Under the pieces are notes generated by a model that ran no database searches, had not been told where the DNA came from, and saw nothing but the letters and a program-made list of their open reading frames with translations. A stretch of DNA of 34,988 nt from Bdellovibrionales bacterium. GTDB taxonomy: Bacteria; Bdellovibrionota; UBA1018; CAIMNF01. Below are positions 1-8,353 of the stretch, piece by piece (the first letter of the stretch is position 1; every line of letters starts with the position of its first letter). Location: assembly GCA_947457605.1 (NCBI GenBank), contig CANGWP010000001.1, forward strand, positions 1 to 34,988. Reading direction: 5' to 3'. The translations under genes were made by a program, and so were the position numbers.

Positions 1-22
1 ATTACGGGACAAGGGTACAAAC

Positions 23-235
23 TTACGACTCGGAAATCTTCGGGCCATCTGGAAACTTCAAATCTTCCAGCAGAGGCTTGAGACGACCAAGGGCGACGTC
101 AGCCCGCACCAAATAATGACGGAGCCCGGGGTCGTGGGACTCTCCTCCGCTTTCAAGCTTACGCATGGCAAGCTGTACCATTCCAATGGCAATTCCGAGC
201 TCATTGGCAATCTGATGATGAAGTTCGTTGCTCAT
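23..235 (-). CDS. Small (70 aa) stand-alone helical protein resembling a HisKA_3-type histidine-kinase dimerisation/phosphoacceptor (DHp) domain
   Basis: The internal ATG at 235 overlaps the stop of the upstream OMP gene (ATGA on the minus strand, 232-235). NELHHQIANELGIAIGMVQLA ... ALGRLKPLLEDLKFP matches the two-helix pattern of NarX/DesK-type DHp domains (ELHD...; ...DLRP). No sensor or ATPase domain is present. The ORF-track version 23..352 carries an N-terminal extension that overlaps the OMP gene. Confidence 0.45.
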   Translation of the reverse strand: MSNELHHQIANELGIAIGMVQLAMRKLESGGESHDPGLRHYLVRADVALGRLKPLLEDLKFPDGPKISES

Positions 236-726
236 TCCAGGTAAAACCGGGCTCCAATCCCGCCCTGAAAAAATCCGTAAGTTGAGGGGATCAGCCCCAA
301 GCCCGGAACAAGTTCTGCGAAGATTCCAAAAGGCGCATCCGGAATGAACCATTCAGCTCCGACTGGAATTCTGATCCCGAGCCCAAACGAGCCATCTTGC
401 TCATCGAAATATTTTCCCTTTTTGTTTCCACTCGCAATCAAAAAGCCTCCACCTATCCCAGCGTAGGGCCTGATTCGGGAATAACTTTTAAAATGAAAAA
501 GATAATCGGAATAGAGAAACACGAATCGATCAAAGGAAAATGCAAGCCCCCCATCAATTGCCCGATCGGCAGTGGTCCAAAACTTACCCGTGAGACCGGT
601 GGGTTCACCGAGAACGAACCCCACGCCTTTTGACCTTGAAACCGCTCCTTCCGAGTCAAATTCCGCGAAGGCAGCCACAAAAAAAAGAAACCCAACCCAT
701 CGAAGACGGAATCCCATTCCCAACAT
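232..726 (-). CDS. Small outer-membrane beta-barrel protein (OmpW/opacity-porin-like) with signal peptide
   Basis: The 164-aa ORF has an N-terminal hydrophobic signal (RLRWVGFLFFVAAFA). Alternating Gly/aromatic beta-strand pattern (YAGIGGGFLIASG, GLGIRIPVGAEWF, GIFAELVPGLG, GIGARFYLE) is typical of 8-stranded OMPs. Confidence 0.6.
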   Translation of the reverse strand: MLGMGFRLRWVGFLFFVAAFAEFDSEGAVSRSKGVGFVLGEPTGLTGKFWTTADRAIDGGLAFSFDRFVFLYSDYLFHFKSYSRIRPYAGIGGGFLIASGNKKGKYFDEQDGSFGLGIRIPVGAEWFIPDAPFGIFAELVPGLGLIPSTYGFFQGGIGARFYLE

Positions 727-753
727 CCCTTTCCTAGGATCGAACCCGGGAAA

Positions 754-1818
754 TCAAGGATCGATCGGTTCATAGAGTTCCGGAAGAGTAGCAAATTCCC
801 CGGTGAACTCAATCCCTTTTGTGGGTCTCCAGAAAACATCCGGATGGGCATAGCGAGTGATCCAATAGCCCCCGGTGATCCGTCCCGACGAATCGAGTTC
901 AAGAACGTATTCCGAATTTTGTGTGGATGAAACCCAATTTCCGGTACCCGTGACGGGATCCCATCGTGAAACATCGAGTTCATCCACATAAATCAACTTT
1001 GATTGGATTCGAATCGCATTTCCCGCACTCTCCGACCGGGCACTACCAATGGGCGTAAATTCGTACCCGATCACGGGCTGATTCCACGCCTCCTTCCCCG
1101 GGTCCACGTCCGCAGGGAAGGCTTTTTTTCGAAGGCCGATCTCATTTCCCAAAATCACATGATATGTCCCCGGATTGATGTCCTGACAGTTCGGAAACTG
1201 AAGAGAGAGCCCGAAAGGACAGTAACGTCCAATCACGATTGAATTCAATTTCTGCCGGGCCGCCGTGTAGGAAATCAGGCCCTTGACATCAGAAGAACCA
1301 AAGGGGATCGGCACTCCGTCGGGATTCAACCTCACCACCGGCCTGGGCTCCCGAAATTCAATCGCCGCTGCAGTCCAGCCATCACAAATCCCTGCCCAAT
1401 CCGGCGCACGCGGATTCGACTCCGCCCGACTGATGTAATTTTTTAATGGATAATCGTATCGCCCTCGATAAAGGTCATACTTCTCCGTGGGCGATAATTT
1501 TTTCAGTTCTTCGAGCGACATCTTCAGCACTTCATCCCGTGTGGGAGAGCGATATCGAAAACCAACTTGAGGCTCCGCATTCCATCGGAAATTGATGCTT
1601 CCTCGATTTCGCGGCCAGTAGCTCTCCGACCAGGGCAACTTCGTGGAATCAATTCCGCCCGCGAGTGGCAGTCGATCAAATTGGTAATCGTACCCCTCCC
1701 CAAACCGGCCTGGATCATTGTAGCCATCCCAAGGCCGGCACCAGGCACTACTACCTATGCCGAGGCAAGCCAGCCCTGCCCACCAGAAAAAACCCCGAAC
1801 TATTTTTGCACTGCGCAT
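754..1818 (-). CDS. Secreted putative Cys-hydrolase / transglutaminase-elicitor-like protein (paralogue 1)
   Basis: The 354-aa ORF has a signal peptide (FFWWAGLACLGIGSSA). It has a candidate nucleophile motif WAGICDGWTAAAI. It shares DPGKEAWNQPVIGYEF and a C-terminal ...FWRP with the 12530..14311 protein. The family assignment (transglutaminase elicitor type) is from memory of motif style only. Confidence 0.65.
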   Translation of the reverse strand: MRSAKIVRGFFWWAGLACLGIGSSAWCRPWDGYNDPGRFGEGYDYQFDRLPLAGGIDSTKLPWSESYWPRNRGSINFRWNAEPQVGFRYRSPTRDEVLKMSLEELKKLSPTEKYDLYRGRYDYPLKNYISRAESNPRAPDWAGICDGWTAAAIEFREPRPVVRLNPDGVPIPFGSSDVKGLISYTAARQKLNSIVIGRYCPFGLSLQFPNCQDINPGTYHVILGNEIGLRKKAFPADVDPGKEAWNQPVIGYEFTPIGSARSESAGNAIRIQSKLIYVDELDVSRWDPVTGTGNWVSSTQNSEYVLELDSSGRITGGYWITRYAHPDVFWRPTKGIEFTGEFATLPELYEPIDP

Positions 1819-1888
1819 TTGCCAAAACCCCCCTCATTTCCAAACAGGGAGAGGCAAAATACGAGCCAGAACCCGAAAAGGAATTCCG

Positions 1889-2680
1889 CTATTTTTTCCG
1901 TGCACGGGCCATCAGGAAGAGACCCAGAAAAATGAACGGAAGACTCAGGATTTGTCCAAGATCAATCGGGAGATCCGACTCGGCGGGGATCTGGACTTCC
2001 TTCACAAACTCGATCAAAAACCGTGCTGTGAAAACGGAAACAAAAAACATACCCGTCAGAAATCCATTTCCGAATCTTCGATGAACGCCCTTTTTTAGCA
2101 TCCACATCATCAGGAAAAAGATGGAAAAATAAGAGAAGCTCTCGTACAGCATCGCCGGATGCCGGGGCATATCGTCCACTCGCTTGAACACCATCGCCCA
2201 CGGCACATCGGAAGGACGCCCAAGAATTTCGGAATTGAAGAAATTCCCAAGCCGAATCATTCCTCCAACCATCGTGCTGGGCACGGAAAGATAATCAAGC
2301 AGGGTAAGCACCGAGCCGTCAAAATGCTTTCGTTTCCAAAGAGAAACCGAAACGATCACCCCCAAAACCCCACCGTGACTCGCAAGCCCGCCTTCCCAAA
2401 CCTTGAGGATCCGGACCGGATCCGAGAGAAAAATGCCCGGTTCATAGAAAAACACGTGTCCAAGCCGCGCCCCGATGACCGTGCCCAGAATGACATAGGA
2501 GAGCATCGAATCGAATCCTGCGGGAACAATCCCATCGCGACTCGTGATCCAGTTCAGGATTCGCAGCCCAAGAAAGAATGCGAGCGCGAAGAGCGCGCCG
2601 TACCAACGCACAGAGAAAAAGCCAAGGTTGAAAATCTCGGGCGATCCACTCCAGACAATATGCTCCACCATGATCTCCAT
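1889..2680 (-). CDS. lgt: Prolipoprotein diacylglyceryl transferase
   Basis: This 263-aa polytopic membrane protein has FSVRWYGALFALAFFLG near the N-terminus, HGGVLG, and PRHPAMLYES (the Lgt HPxxLYE signature). Confidence 0.9.
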   Translation of the reverse strand: MEIMVEHIVWSGSPEIFNLGFFSVRWYGALFALAFFLGLRILNWITSRDGIVPAGFDSMLSYVILGTVIGARLGHVFFYEPGIFLSDPVRILKVWEGGLASHGGVLGVIVSVSLWKRKHFDGSVLTLLDYLSVPSTMVGGMIRLGNFFNSEILGRPSDVPWAMVFKRVDDMPRHPAMLYESFSYFSIFFLMMWMLKKGVHRRFGNGFLTGMFFVSVFTARFLIEFVKEVQIPAESDLPIDLGQILSLPFIFLGLFLMARARKK

Positions 2681-2714
2681 CCTACCACGGAAACATGACT
2701 AGCCCAGCCTTGGT

Positions 2715-2743
2715 TTGACAAGACCCTCCATTTTTTTTAGCTT
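2715..2743 (+). promoter_or_regulatory. Candidate sigma70-type promoter (TTGACA-17 nt-TAGCTT) that would give a leaderless or near-leaderless mRNA for the 2752 gene
   Basis: There is an exact TTGACA at 2715-2720, a 17-nt spacer, and TAGCTT (TAnnnT) at 2738-2743. The ATG at 2752 has no Shine-Dalgarno sequence in front of it. Confidence 0.3.
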
Positions 2744-2751
2744 TTGTTCCC

Positions 2752-3813
2752 ATGAAGATTCGCGCGATTTTTCCTTTTCTTTTTGGATTTCTATTTGCCT
2801 GCTCGAGCACACCAACAGCTCCAGTGCCCCCCCCTGGCGTTTTGTTTGTAGCGAGAGACTCGATCGCCAAAGAAACCGCATCCTTGTTTCCTGAATCCTT
2901 CTCCGATACAAGAACCATCCGAGTGCGATTCGCAAGCAATCGCGATCAAGAATCCACCTCTCTCGGCACCTCGCTTGTTTTCGGAGAAACCACCGTTACC
3001 GTTCCTGACACCCATCCCGTAGGAACCATCGGCCAAGGTTTCATTCGGGGAGAAACCAAAACACTTGCTCTCTCAGAGCTGAAGTCCTCCCTTTCGGAAA
3101 AGCCCCAATGGGGCTCTCTGATTTTTGTTCACGGATTCAACGTTGACTTTACGGAAGCCCTCTTTAGAACCGCTCAAATTGCGTATGATTTGAAATTTCA
3201 GGGTACCGTGCTTCTGCTTTCATGGCCTGCGGGAAAGACGGGTGGCTTCTTCGAGAAGAATCTCATCAACCGCACTTATGAATCCAATCAGCGAAACGCC
3301 CTCGCGAGCATTGATGCCTTTTTTCAGATTTTCCAAGAGCTTTCAGGACTTCCGCTGCCTCGCCAACTCATCATCCACTCCATGGGACACCAGGTTGCGC
3401 TCCCTGCCTTGCTGAAGTTGTCGCCAGCTCTTGAACGCCCCTTCATTCAAGAGCTGGTCCTGAACGCACCGGATTTTGACCCGGAGGAGTTCGGAACAAG
3501 CATTCCTGCCCTGAAGAAAATAGCGAACCGAATTACTCTGTACTGCTCCCAAAAGGACAACGCGCTTCTTGCTTCAAAAGCATTCAACGGGAAAAAACGT
3601 CTAGGCGCCTGCATCCGACACGAGGGAGTCGATGTGGTCAACGTGAGCGAAGTTGATGATCCGGGACTTACGGGACTTGGCCATGGATACTATTCATCGC
3701 GCCCCCTCCTCACGGACCTTGCCCAGGTGTTCTTGGGCCTTTCCCCGGAACAACGGCTCTTCATCCGGAAGTCGACAGGAGCCGGGGCTGAAAACTACTT
3801 TTTGCGACGCTAG
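2752..3813 (+). CDS. Lipoprotein, alpha/beta hydrolase of the DUF900 type
   Basis: The signal peptide has a lipobox (FGFLFAC). IFVHGFNVDF ... LLLSWPAG ... nucleophile elbow IIHSMGHQV ... LYCSQKDNAL are typical of DUF900 esterase/lipase-like proteins. The gene ends in TAG (3811-3813). Confidence 0.8.
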   Translation: MKIRAIFPFLFGFLFACSSTPTAPVPPPGVLFVARDSIAKETASLFPESFSDTRTIRVRFASNRDQESTSLGTSLVFGETTVTVPDTHPVGTIGQGFIRGETKTLALSELKSSLSEKPQWGSLIFVHGFNVDFTEALFRTAQIAYDLKFQGTVLLLSWPAGKTGGFFEKNLINRTYESNQRNALASIDAFFQIFQELSGLPLPRQLIIHSMGHQVALPALLKLSPALERPFIQELVLNAPDFDPEEFGTSIPALKKIANRITLYCSQKDNALLASKAFNGKKRLGACIRHEGVDVVNVSEVDDPGLTGLGHGYYSSRPLLTDLAQVFLGLSPEQRLFIRKSTGAGAENYFLRR

Positions 3814-3904
3814 GGGGTCCTGACTCAATCATTCTCATGGAAAAAACGGCTTTTTTAGATCCGGATTTCGAAATTCAAGGTAGACTGTTTCGAGGAGAAC
3901 CAAA

Positions 3905-4123
3905 ATGTTTGGAATATCTATCGAACACCTCTTGATTGTAGGGGTCGTGTTGCTTCTTTTCGGACCAAAGCGGCTTCCGGAGCTTGGTAAATCCCTTGGA
4001 CAGTCCATCAAGAATTTCAAGGATGGATTCAATGGAATCGAAAAGGATTCCAAACCCGTGGAGAGAATTGCGAACCGGGAAAACGAACCCAATAAAGACG
4101 AATCGAAGGAAAGAAAATCATGA
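3905..4123 (+). CDS. tatA: Twin-arginine translocase subunit TatA/E
   Basis: The 72-aa protein has [39 protein letters not shown], the canonical TatA TM helix plus amphipathic helix. A GAGGAG RBS lies upstream. Confidence 0.9.
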   Translation: MFGISIEHLLIVGVVLLLFGPKRLPELGKSLGQSIKNFKDGFNGIEKDSKPVERIANRENEPNKDESKERKS

Positions 4124-4560
4124 AAATCAGCTTTGATCAACCCAACATCACCAAGGAAGCGGCCGACCTGCTCATCGATGCCGCAATCACAACCGCGAAA
4201 ACGATCTCTCTATCGATCAGTGTTTGCATCCTCGACTCGTCCGGTCGTATGAAGGCATTCAGTTCAATGGATCAGGCTCCCGCGGTCAGTCTTGAAACGT
4301 GCATCAAGAAAGCAAAGACAGCCGTTGGATTTGGAATCCCCACAGGAAAAACCTGGTATGAGTTCATCAAGAACGATCCCATCCTGCTGAACGGAGCCGA
4401 GCACTTGCCTGACTTTATCCTTCTCGGCGGCGGCTCTCCCATTCTTCAGGATGGAAAACTCATCGGCGCAATTGGTGTAAGCGGAGGGCATTATGAGCAA
4501 GATGAAAAGTGCGTGACTGCTGCACTCGAGAAACTGAAGGCAAATCAAACCAAGTCATGA
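4120..4560 (+). CDS. GlcG/HbpS-like (DUF336) putative haem-binding protein
   Basis: The 146-aa protein has [31 protein letters not shown], the hallmark of the GlcG family. Its start overlaps the tatA stop (ATGA at 4120-4123). Confidence 0.85.
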   Translation: MKISFDQPNITKEAADLLIDAAITTAKTISLSISVCILDSSGRMKAFSSMDQAPAVSLETCIKKAKTAVGFGIPTGKTWYEFIKNDPILLNGAEHLPDFILLGGGSPILQDGKLIGAIGVSGGHYEQDEKCVTAALEKLKANQTKS

Positions 4561-6164
4561 AGGAAAAGGTCGACACCTTTGATTCAATCTCAGGGGCACT
4601 GACCCAGCTTGAGCCTCTTTTGGCAAGGATCACTCAAGCCTCCTCTTTGCAGCAACTTGCCCAATCCATCCTTGAGATTTTAAAAAAAGACTTCCGATTC
4701 AAGTCTACGGGGTTTTACTTTGTGAATCCGGACTCCGGGAAGCTCGAGCTCCTTCTCGCGGAGGGACTCACCAAAGAAGAGTGCGCCATTGCAGAGGCCA
4801 CGGCAATGGATCGTCACCCTGGATGGGTGATCCGAAACCAGAAAACCTACCTTGCGAATCTCGACTCCCAAGAATCCACAGGCTTTCAAAGGCGCCTTAA
4901 CCTCATCTCCAGACTTTACTGTCCCGTGATCTTTCGGGACCAGTGCATCGGAACCATCGGAGTCGCCTCTGAGGAGCCAAATGCCTTCAATGAAAATCAC
5001 GTCGCATTCATCGAATTCATCTGCAGGATCACCGCAGTCACCTATGAAAACATCATTCATTCCCTTGAAGTAAAGAAAAGCCAGGAGCGCCTCGATCAGG
5101 CGATCGAGGCGCTTCGATTCGGAATCTGGGATTGGGATCTGGTCCGGAACCATCTGCACTGGGATGACTACATGTACGTTTTGTACGATCAAGACAAAAA
5201 CTTGTTTTCAGGCAGCTATGATGCCTTTGAAAAGACCCTTCATCCGGAAGACAGGGAGCGGGTACGAAAAAAACTCAAGGAATGTGCGGAACAGAAAACC
5301 GATCTACAGACTGAATTCAGGGTTCTGACCTCTGACGGAAAGATCAAACAAATTGCAGCAAGTGCGAAATGCACATTCTCGGATACCGGCGAACTCATCC
5401 GCATGGTGGGAGCAAACTGGGATGTGACCGAACTCCGCGCAAAGGAACTGAAACTTCTTCATACCTCAAAGATGTCGAGCTTGGGGGAAATGTCTTCCGG
5501 GATTGCCCATGAAATCAACAACCCTCTTGCGATCATTCATGGAAAGAGTCATCAAATCCGAAGTCAGATCGAAAAAGGAAAAATCGATCCGGCCAATCTG
5601 ATCAAGCTTACCGGTGACATCGATCAAACCGTTCAGCGGATTTCAAAAATCATCAAGGGGCTTCGAAGTTTTTCAAGGGATGGAGATCAGGACCCGTTCG
5701 AGAGTCGTTCCTTACAATCTCTTTTGGAGGATACGATTTCCTTCTGCGCCACCCGGTTCAAACATCATGAAATTATTTTGGATTTGAATGGAGTTTCCCC
5801 CGAACTTCAAATCCACTGCAGGCCTTCCCAAATCTCACAGGTCTTGCTCAATCTCCTGAACAATTCCTTTGATGCGATCCAAGGTCTCTCAAACCGCTGG
5901 GTGAAGATAGAGGCAATTGAGGATCCGGCTGGAATCTCCATCAGCATTACCGACAGTGGCTCCGGAATCCCCGAGGCCATACGAGAAAAGATTTTAGAAC
6001 CATTTTTTACCACCAAGGAGGTCGGAAAGGGCACGGGCCTGGGACTCAGCATCTCGCTTGGAATCATCAAATCCCACGGCGGAACCCTTGAGATTGACCG
6101 TCACCATCCAAACACCCGCTTCGTCATCCGGCTTCCAAAAGCCGGAAACAAACTCCTGAGTTAA
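4557..6164 (+). CDS. Cytoplasmic GAF-PAS sensor histidine kinase (HisKA + HATPase_c), no cognate regulator adjacent
   Basis: The likely start is the ATG at 4557, overlapping the glcG stop (ATGA). There is a GAF-like N-terminal region, a PAS region ([20 protein letters not shown]...), the H-box [12 protein letters not shown], the N-box [11 protein letters not shown], and G-boxes DSGSGI / [11 protein letters not shown]. Confidence 0.9.
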   Translation: MKEKVDTFDSISGALTQLEPLLARITQASSLQQLAQSILEILKKDFRFKSTGFYFVNPDSGKLELLLAEGLTKEECAIAEATAMDRHPGWVIRNQKTYLANLDSQESTGFQRRLNLISRLYCPVIFRDQCIGTIGVASEEPNAFNENHVAFIEFICRITAVTYENIIHSLEVKKSQERLDQAIEALRFGIWDWDLVRNHLHWDDYMYVLYDQDKNLFSGSYDAFEKTLHPEDRERVRKKLKECAEQKTDLQTEFRVLTSDGKIKQIAASAKCTFSDTGELIRMVGANWDVTELRAKELKLLHTSKMSSLGEMSSGIAHEINNPLAIIHGKSHQIRSQIEKGKIDPANLIKLTGDIDQTVQRISKIIKGLRSFSRDGDQDPFESRSLQSLLEDTISFCATRFKHHEIILDLNGVSPELQIHCRPSQISQVLLNLLNNSFDAIQGLSNRWVKIEAIEDPAGISISITDSGSGIPEAIREKILEPFFTTKEVGKGTGLGLSISLGIIKSHGGTLEIDRHHPNTRFVIRLPKAGNKLLS

Positions 6165-7594
6165 ATCTTTTTCAAAACAGGATGAAACGGGGTTCTTGAA
6201 TCACCCACTTTGATTTCCTGGTGCTCCGAGGAGTATCCAGCTGCCTCCACTCCCACTTTATAGGAGCCAGGATTCAGGATCACATTGAAGAATCCATTCG
6301 GATTTACTACAAGGTCCTGGGAAAAGTTGCCCCCGTTCTCGCGAATCCGAATCTTTGCCTGAGAAATAACTCCCCCCATCTCATTTTTAATTTGCCCGTA
6401 AATGGAGGCGCCATCCATCCGTCCAAGAATGTATTTCCATCCCTCACGCTGATTCCGAACCGTCAGATCCCGCCACCGGGAATAACTGGGCTGGAACCCC
6501 TGGGATGTGGAATTCACTTCAATCACGAAAGGAATCACCTGCCCCACAGCATAGAGCCAATCAATGTCACCACCATCTACGGAATACAGGAGGTCAGGCG
6601 CAGTCCCGGCAGTGTAAGTTCCCTTGCCGTCGTCCTTTTTCAATTTACTTGCGAGCTCTCTTCCGATCTTTTCCACTACGGCTCCGGTTTCGGTACGTTG
6701 CCCCTCGCAACCATACGGATAAATCACGATCTCACTGTACGAATGGTAGGAAATCGACATCACGGGATGAATGGACCGTACAAAATTCATCATGACTTGG
6801 GTTTCCGGTTCTGAACCTGCACTTTCCCCGTGATAATCCTGGGCATATCTCGAGCTGCTTGAGCCCCGACACGAGTTCCAGGCGTAGGGATAATTCCGAT
6901 TGATATCCACGCCATACCCCCCACGAGCATTCTTTCTCCACATCGAATCCTGACTCCAAACCAGGTTATTTCCGTCAACATTGAACATCGGGACCACATC
7001 TATGACATAAGAATCTAGCCAGTGCGTGATTGATGGGTCTTTCCCATATTGGTCAAGCAGTGTTTCCACAATATCAAGACCAATCTCGGAGGTCATCACC
7101 TCCCGGGCATGGTGCATGGAATTGAAAAACACATGGGGCTTGGAGGGATCATCCTTCTTCACGTTCTGACTCAGACGGATGGACCAAATATCCCGCCCGA
7201 GCAAGGACTTGCCGATGGACTTCACCTGGGCGAGATTTGGATACTGGGCTGCGAACTGCTTCAGTGCCGACTCGATCTTTTCAGGATTCTGATAGCGACT
7301 GTCGGGCGCGCTTGAAACCCGATCTGCCCCCACAATCAGAGGCCGAAAGCCTGCCTCCTTCAACCACTTCAACTCTTCAGGATTCACAATCAAATCCACG
7401 TGCTTGGCCGAGAGATCCACACCGGCAACGTCAATCGATCGGGCCTGAATTTTTTTCATCTCCCCCTGATAGTTTCCGAGCTGGACTCGAACCAGATTTC
7501 TTCCGCTATTTTGAGCAAAGCTGGTTCCTGCCAGAAGGATCAGAAAAGCGAAAGCCCAAAGAGCGCGCAAGTGTTGATCGATTTTTCGTGCCAT
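6161..7594 (-). CDS. Secreted M14 zinc carboxypeptidase with C-terminal carboxypeptidase-regulatory-like beta domain
   Basis: A signal peptide is present. The Zn ligand motif is FFNSMHHAREVMTSE (HxxE). NRNYPY and HSYSEIVIYPYG are also present. The C-terminal IYGQI...VNPNGFFNVILNPGSYKVGVEAAGY is a CarboxypepD_reg-like fold. Its stop codon shares the TTAA at 6161-6164 with the kinase stop. Confidence 0.9.
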   Translation of the reverse strand: MARKIDQHLRALWAFAFLILLAGTSFAQNSGRNLVRVQLGNYQGEMKKIQARSIDVAGVDLSAKHVDLIVNPEELKWLKEAGFRPLIVGADRVSSAPDSRYQNPEKIESALKQFAAQYPNLAQVKSIGKSLLGRDIWSIRLSQNVKKDDPSKPHVFFNSMHHAREVMTSEIGLDIVETLLDQYGKDPSITHWLDSYVIDVVPMFNVDGNNLVWSQDSMWRKNARGGYGVDINRNYPYAWNSCRGSSSSRYAQDYHGESAGSEPETQVMMNFVRSIHPVMSISYHSYSEIVIYPYGCEGQRTETGAVVEKIGRELASKLKKDDGKGTYTAGTAPDLLYSVDGGDIDWLYAVGQVIPFVIEVNSTSQGFQPSYSRWRDLTVRNQREGWKYILGRMDGASIYGQIKNEMGGVISQAKIRIRENGGNFSQDLVVNPNGFFNVILNPGSYKVGVEAAGYSSEHQEIKVGDSRTPFHPVLKKI

Positions 7595-7614
7595 GGTTCC
7601 CCCCCATTAGTACC

Positions 7615-7720
7615 GAATCACGGTCGAGTGTCTCCAGAATCAGGGTCGAGTGTCTCCAGAATCAGGGTCGAGTGTCTCCAGAATCAGGGTCGAGTGTCTC
7701 CAGAATCAGGGTCGAGATCA
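7615..7720. repeat. Tandem direct repeat, 22-bp unit GGGTCGAGTGTCTCCAGAATCA, four full copies plus flanking partial copies
   Basis: Read directly: copies lie at 7621-7642 (first base C), 7643-7664, 7665-7686 and 7687-7708. A truncated copy GGGTCGAG..ATCA lies at 7709-7720, preceded by GAATCA at 7615-7620. The array lies between the divergent starts at 7594 (-) and about 7800 (+). Confidence 0.95.
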
Positions 7721-7799
7721 ACTGTTTTTCCAAAATCAAAGCAAAGAAGTCCCATATCAGGATCACTCTCCCAACCTTTGCTTTCAAATGGCCTGAAAA

Positions 7800-8315
7800 T
7801 TGCTTTTCAAGGAACCGATGAGAACACAATCCGGAAATTTTTTTAGAAATCAGATCCACTCAAAACCCGCGAGTCGCACCTGGTATGTCCTTGCAAACCG
7901 ATGCGATGCCGTCATTTACGAGGATTTCAAAGACCAGAAGTTCAAATTCAAGGAACGGATGAAAAATTCAAGAGGACACCTCACCGAGGGACAATTGGAC
8001 TCGGACCGGCCTGGCAGCGGATTCTCGAGCGCCGGAGCAGGCACCATTCGGCATGGTCTGGATCGGACTTTTCAGCATCACGAGCGCGATGCGACCCGCT
8101 TTGCCCGAGCCATTGCAAACCATCTCACTCGAAGAAAAAGGGAAGATGCGTTCCAAGGATTGGTATTGGTTGCAGAACCCCACTTTTTGGGCCTTCTCCG
8201 CCAGGCATTGCCTCGAGAGCTGCATGGGCTGATCCGGCATGAAATCCCCAGGGAATACCTCGAGGGATCGGATGCCGAGGTAAAAACCGCAATCGAAAGG
8301 GCAATTCAAAAATAG
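7800..8315 (+). CDS. Host-attachment-protein family protein (Host_attach type)
   Basis: TWYVLANRCDAVIYE ... DSDRPGSGFSSAGAG ... ERDATRFARAIANHL ... LVLVAEPHFLGLLRQALP match the conserved blocks of this family. The true start may be the second ATG (7818). The gene ends in TAG (8313-8315). Confidence 0.8.
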   Translation: MLFKEPMRTQSGNFFRNQIHSKPASRTWYVLANRCDAVIYEDFKDQKFKFKERMKNSRGHLTEGQLDSDRPGSGFSSAGAGTIRHGLDRTFQHHERDATRFARAIANHLTRRKREDAFQGLVLVAEPHFLGLLRQALPRELHGLIRHEIPREYLEGSDAEVKTAIERAIQK

Positions 8316-8319
8316 AAAA

Positions 8320-8349
8320 GGGGCGGTGAATTCAGGAATTCACCGCCCC
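8320..8349. terminator. Bidirectional intrinsic terminator hairpin between convergent genes
   Basis: GGGGCGGTGAATTC (8320-8333) pairs with GAATTCACCGCCCC (8336-8349). An A-run precedes it and TTGTTTAT follows, so both strands read stem plus U-tract. Confidence 0.8.
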
Positions 8350-8353
8350 TTGT

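Noticed and set aside
7615-7720. CRISPR array
   Set aside because: The repeats are directly abutting with no spacers, the unit is only 22 bp, and no cas genes are present.
7237-7846. Two ORFs (194 and 148 aa) reading through the 22-bp repeat array and giving repeated SRVSPESG-type peptides
   Set aside because: Both start antisense inside the carboxypeptidase gene. Their repetitive part is simply the translation of the non-coding tandem repeat, and neither has an RBS or domain signal.
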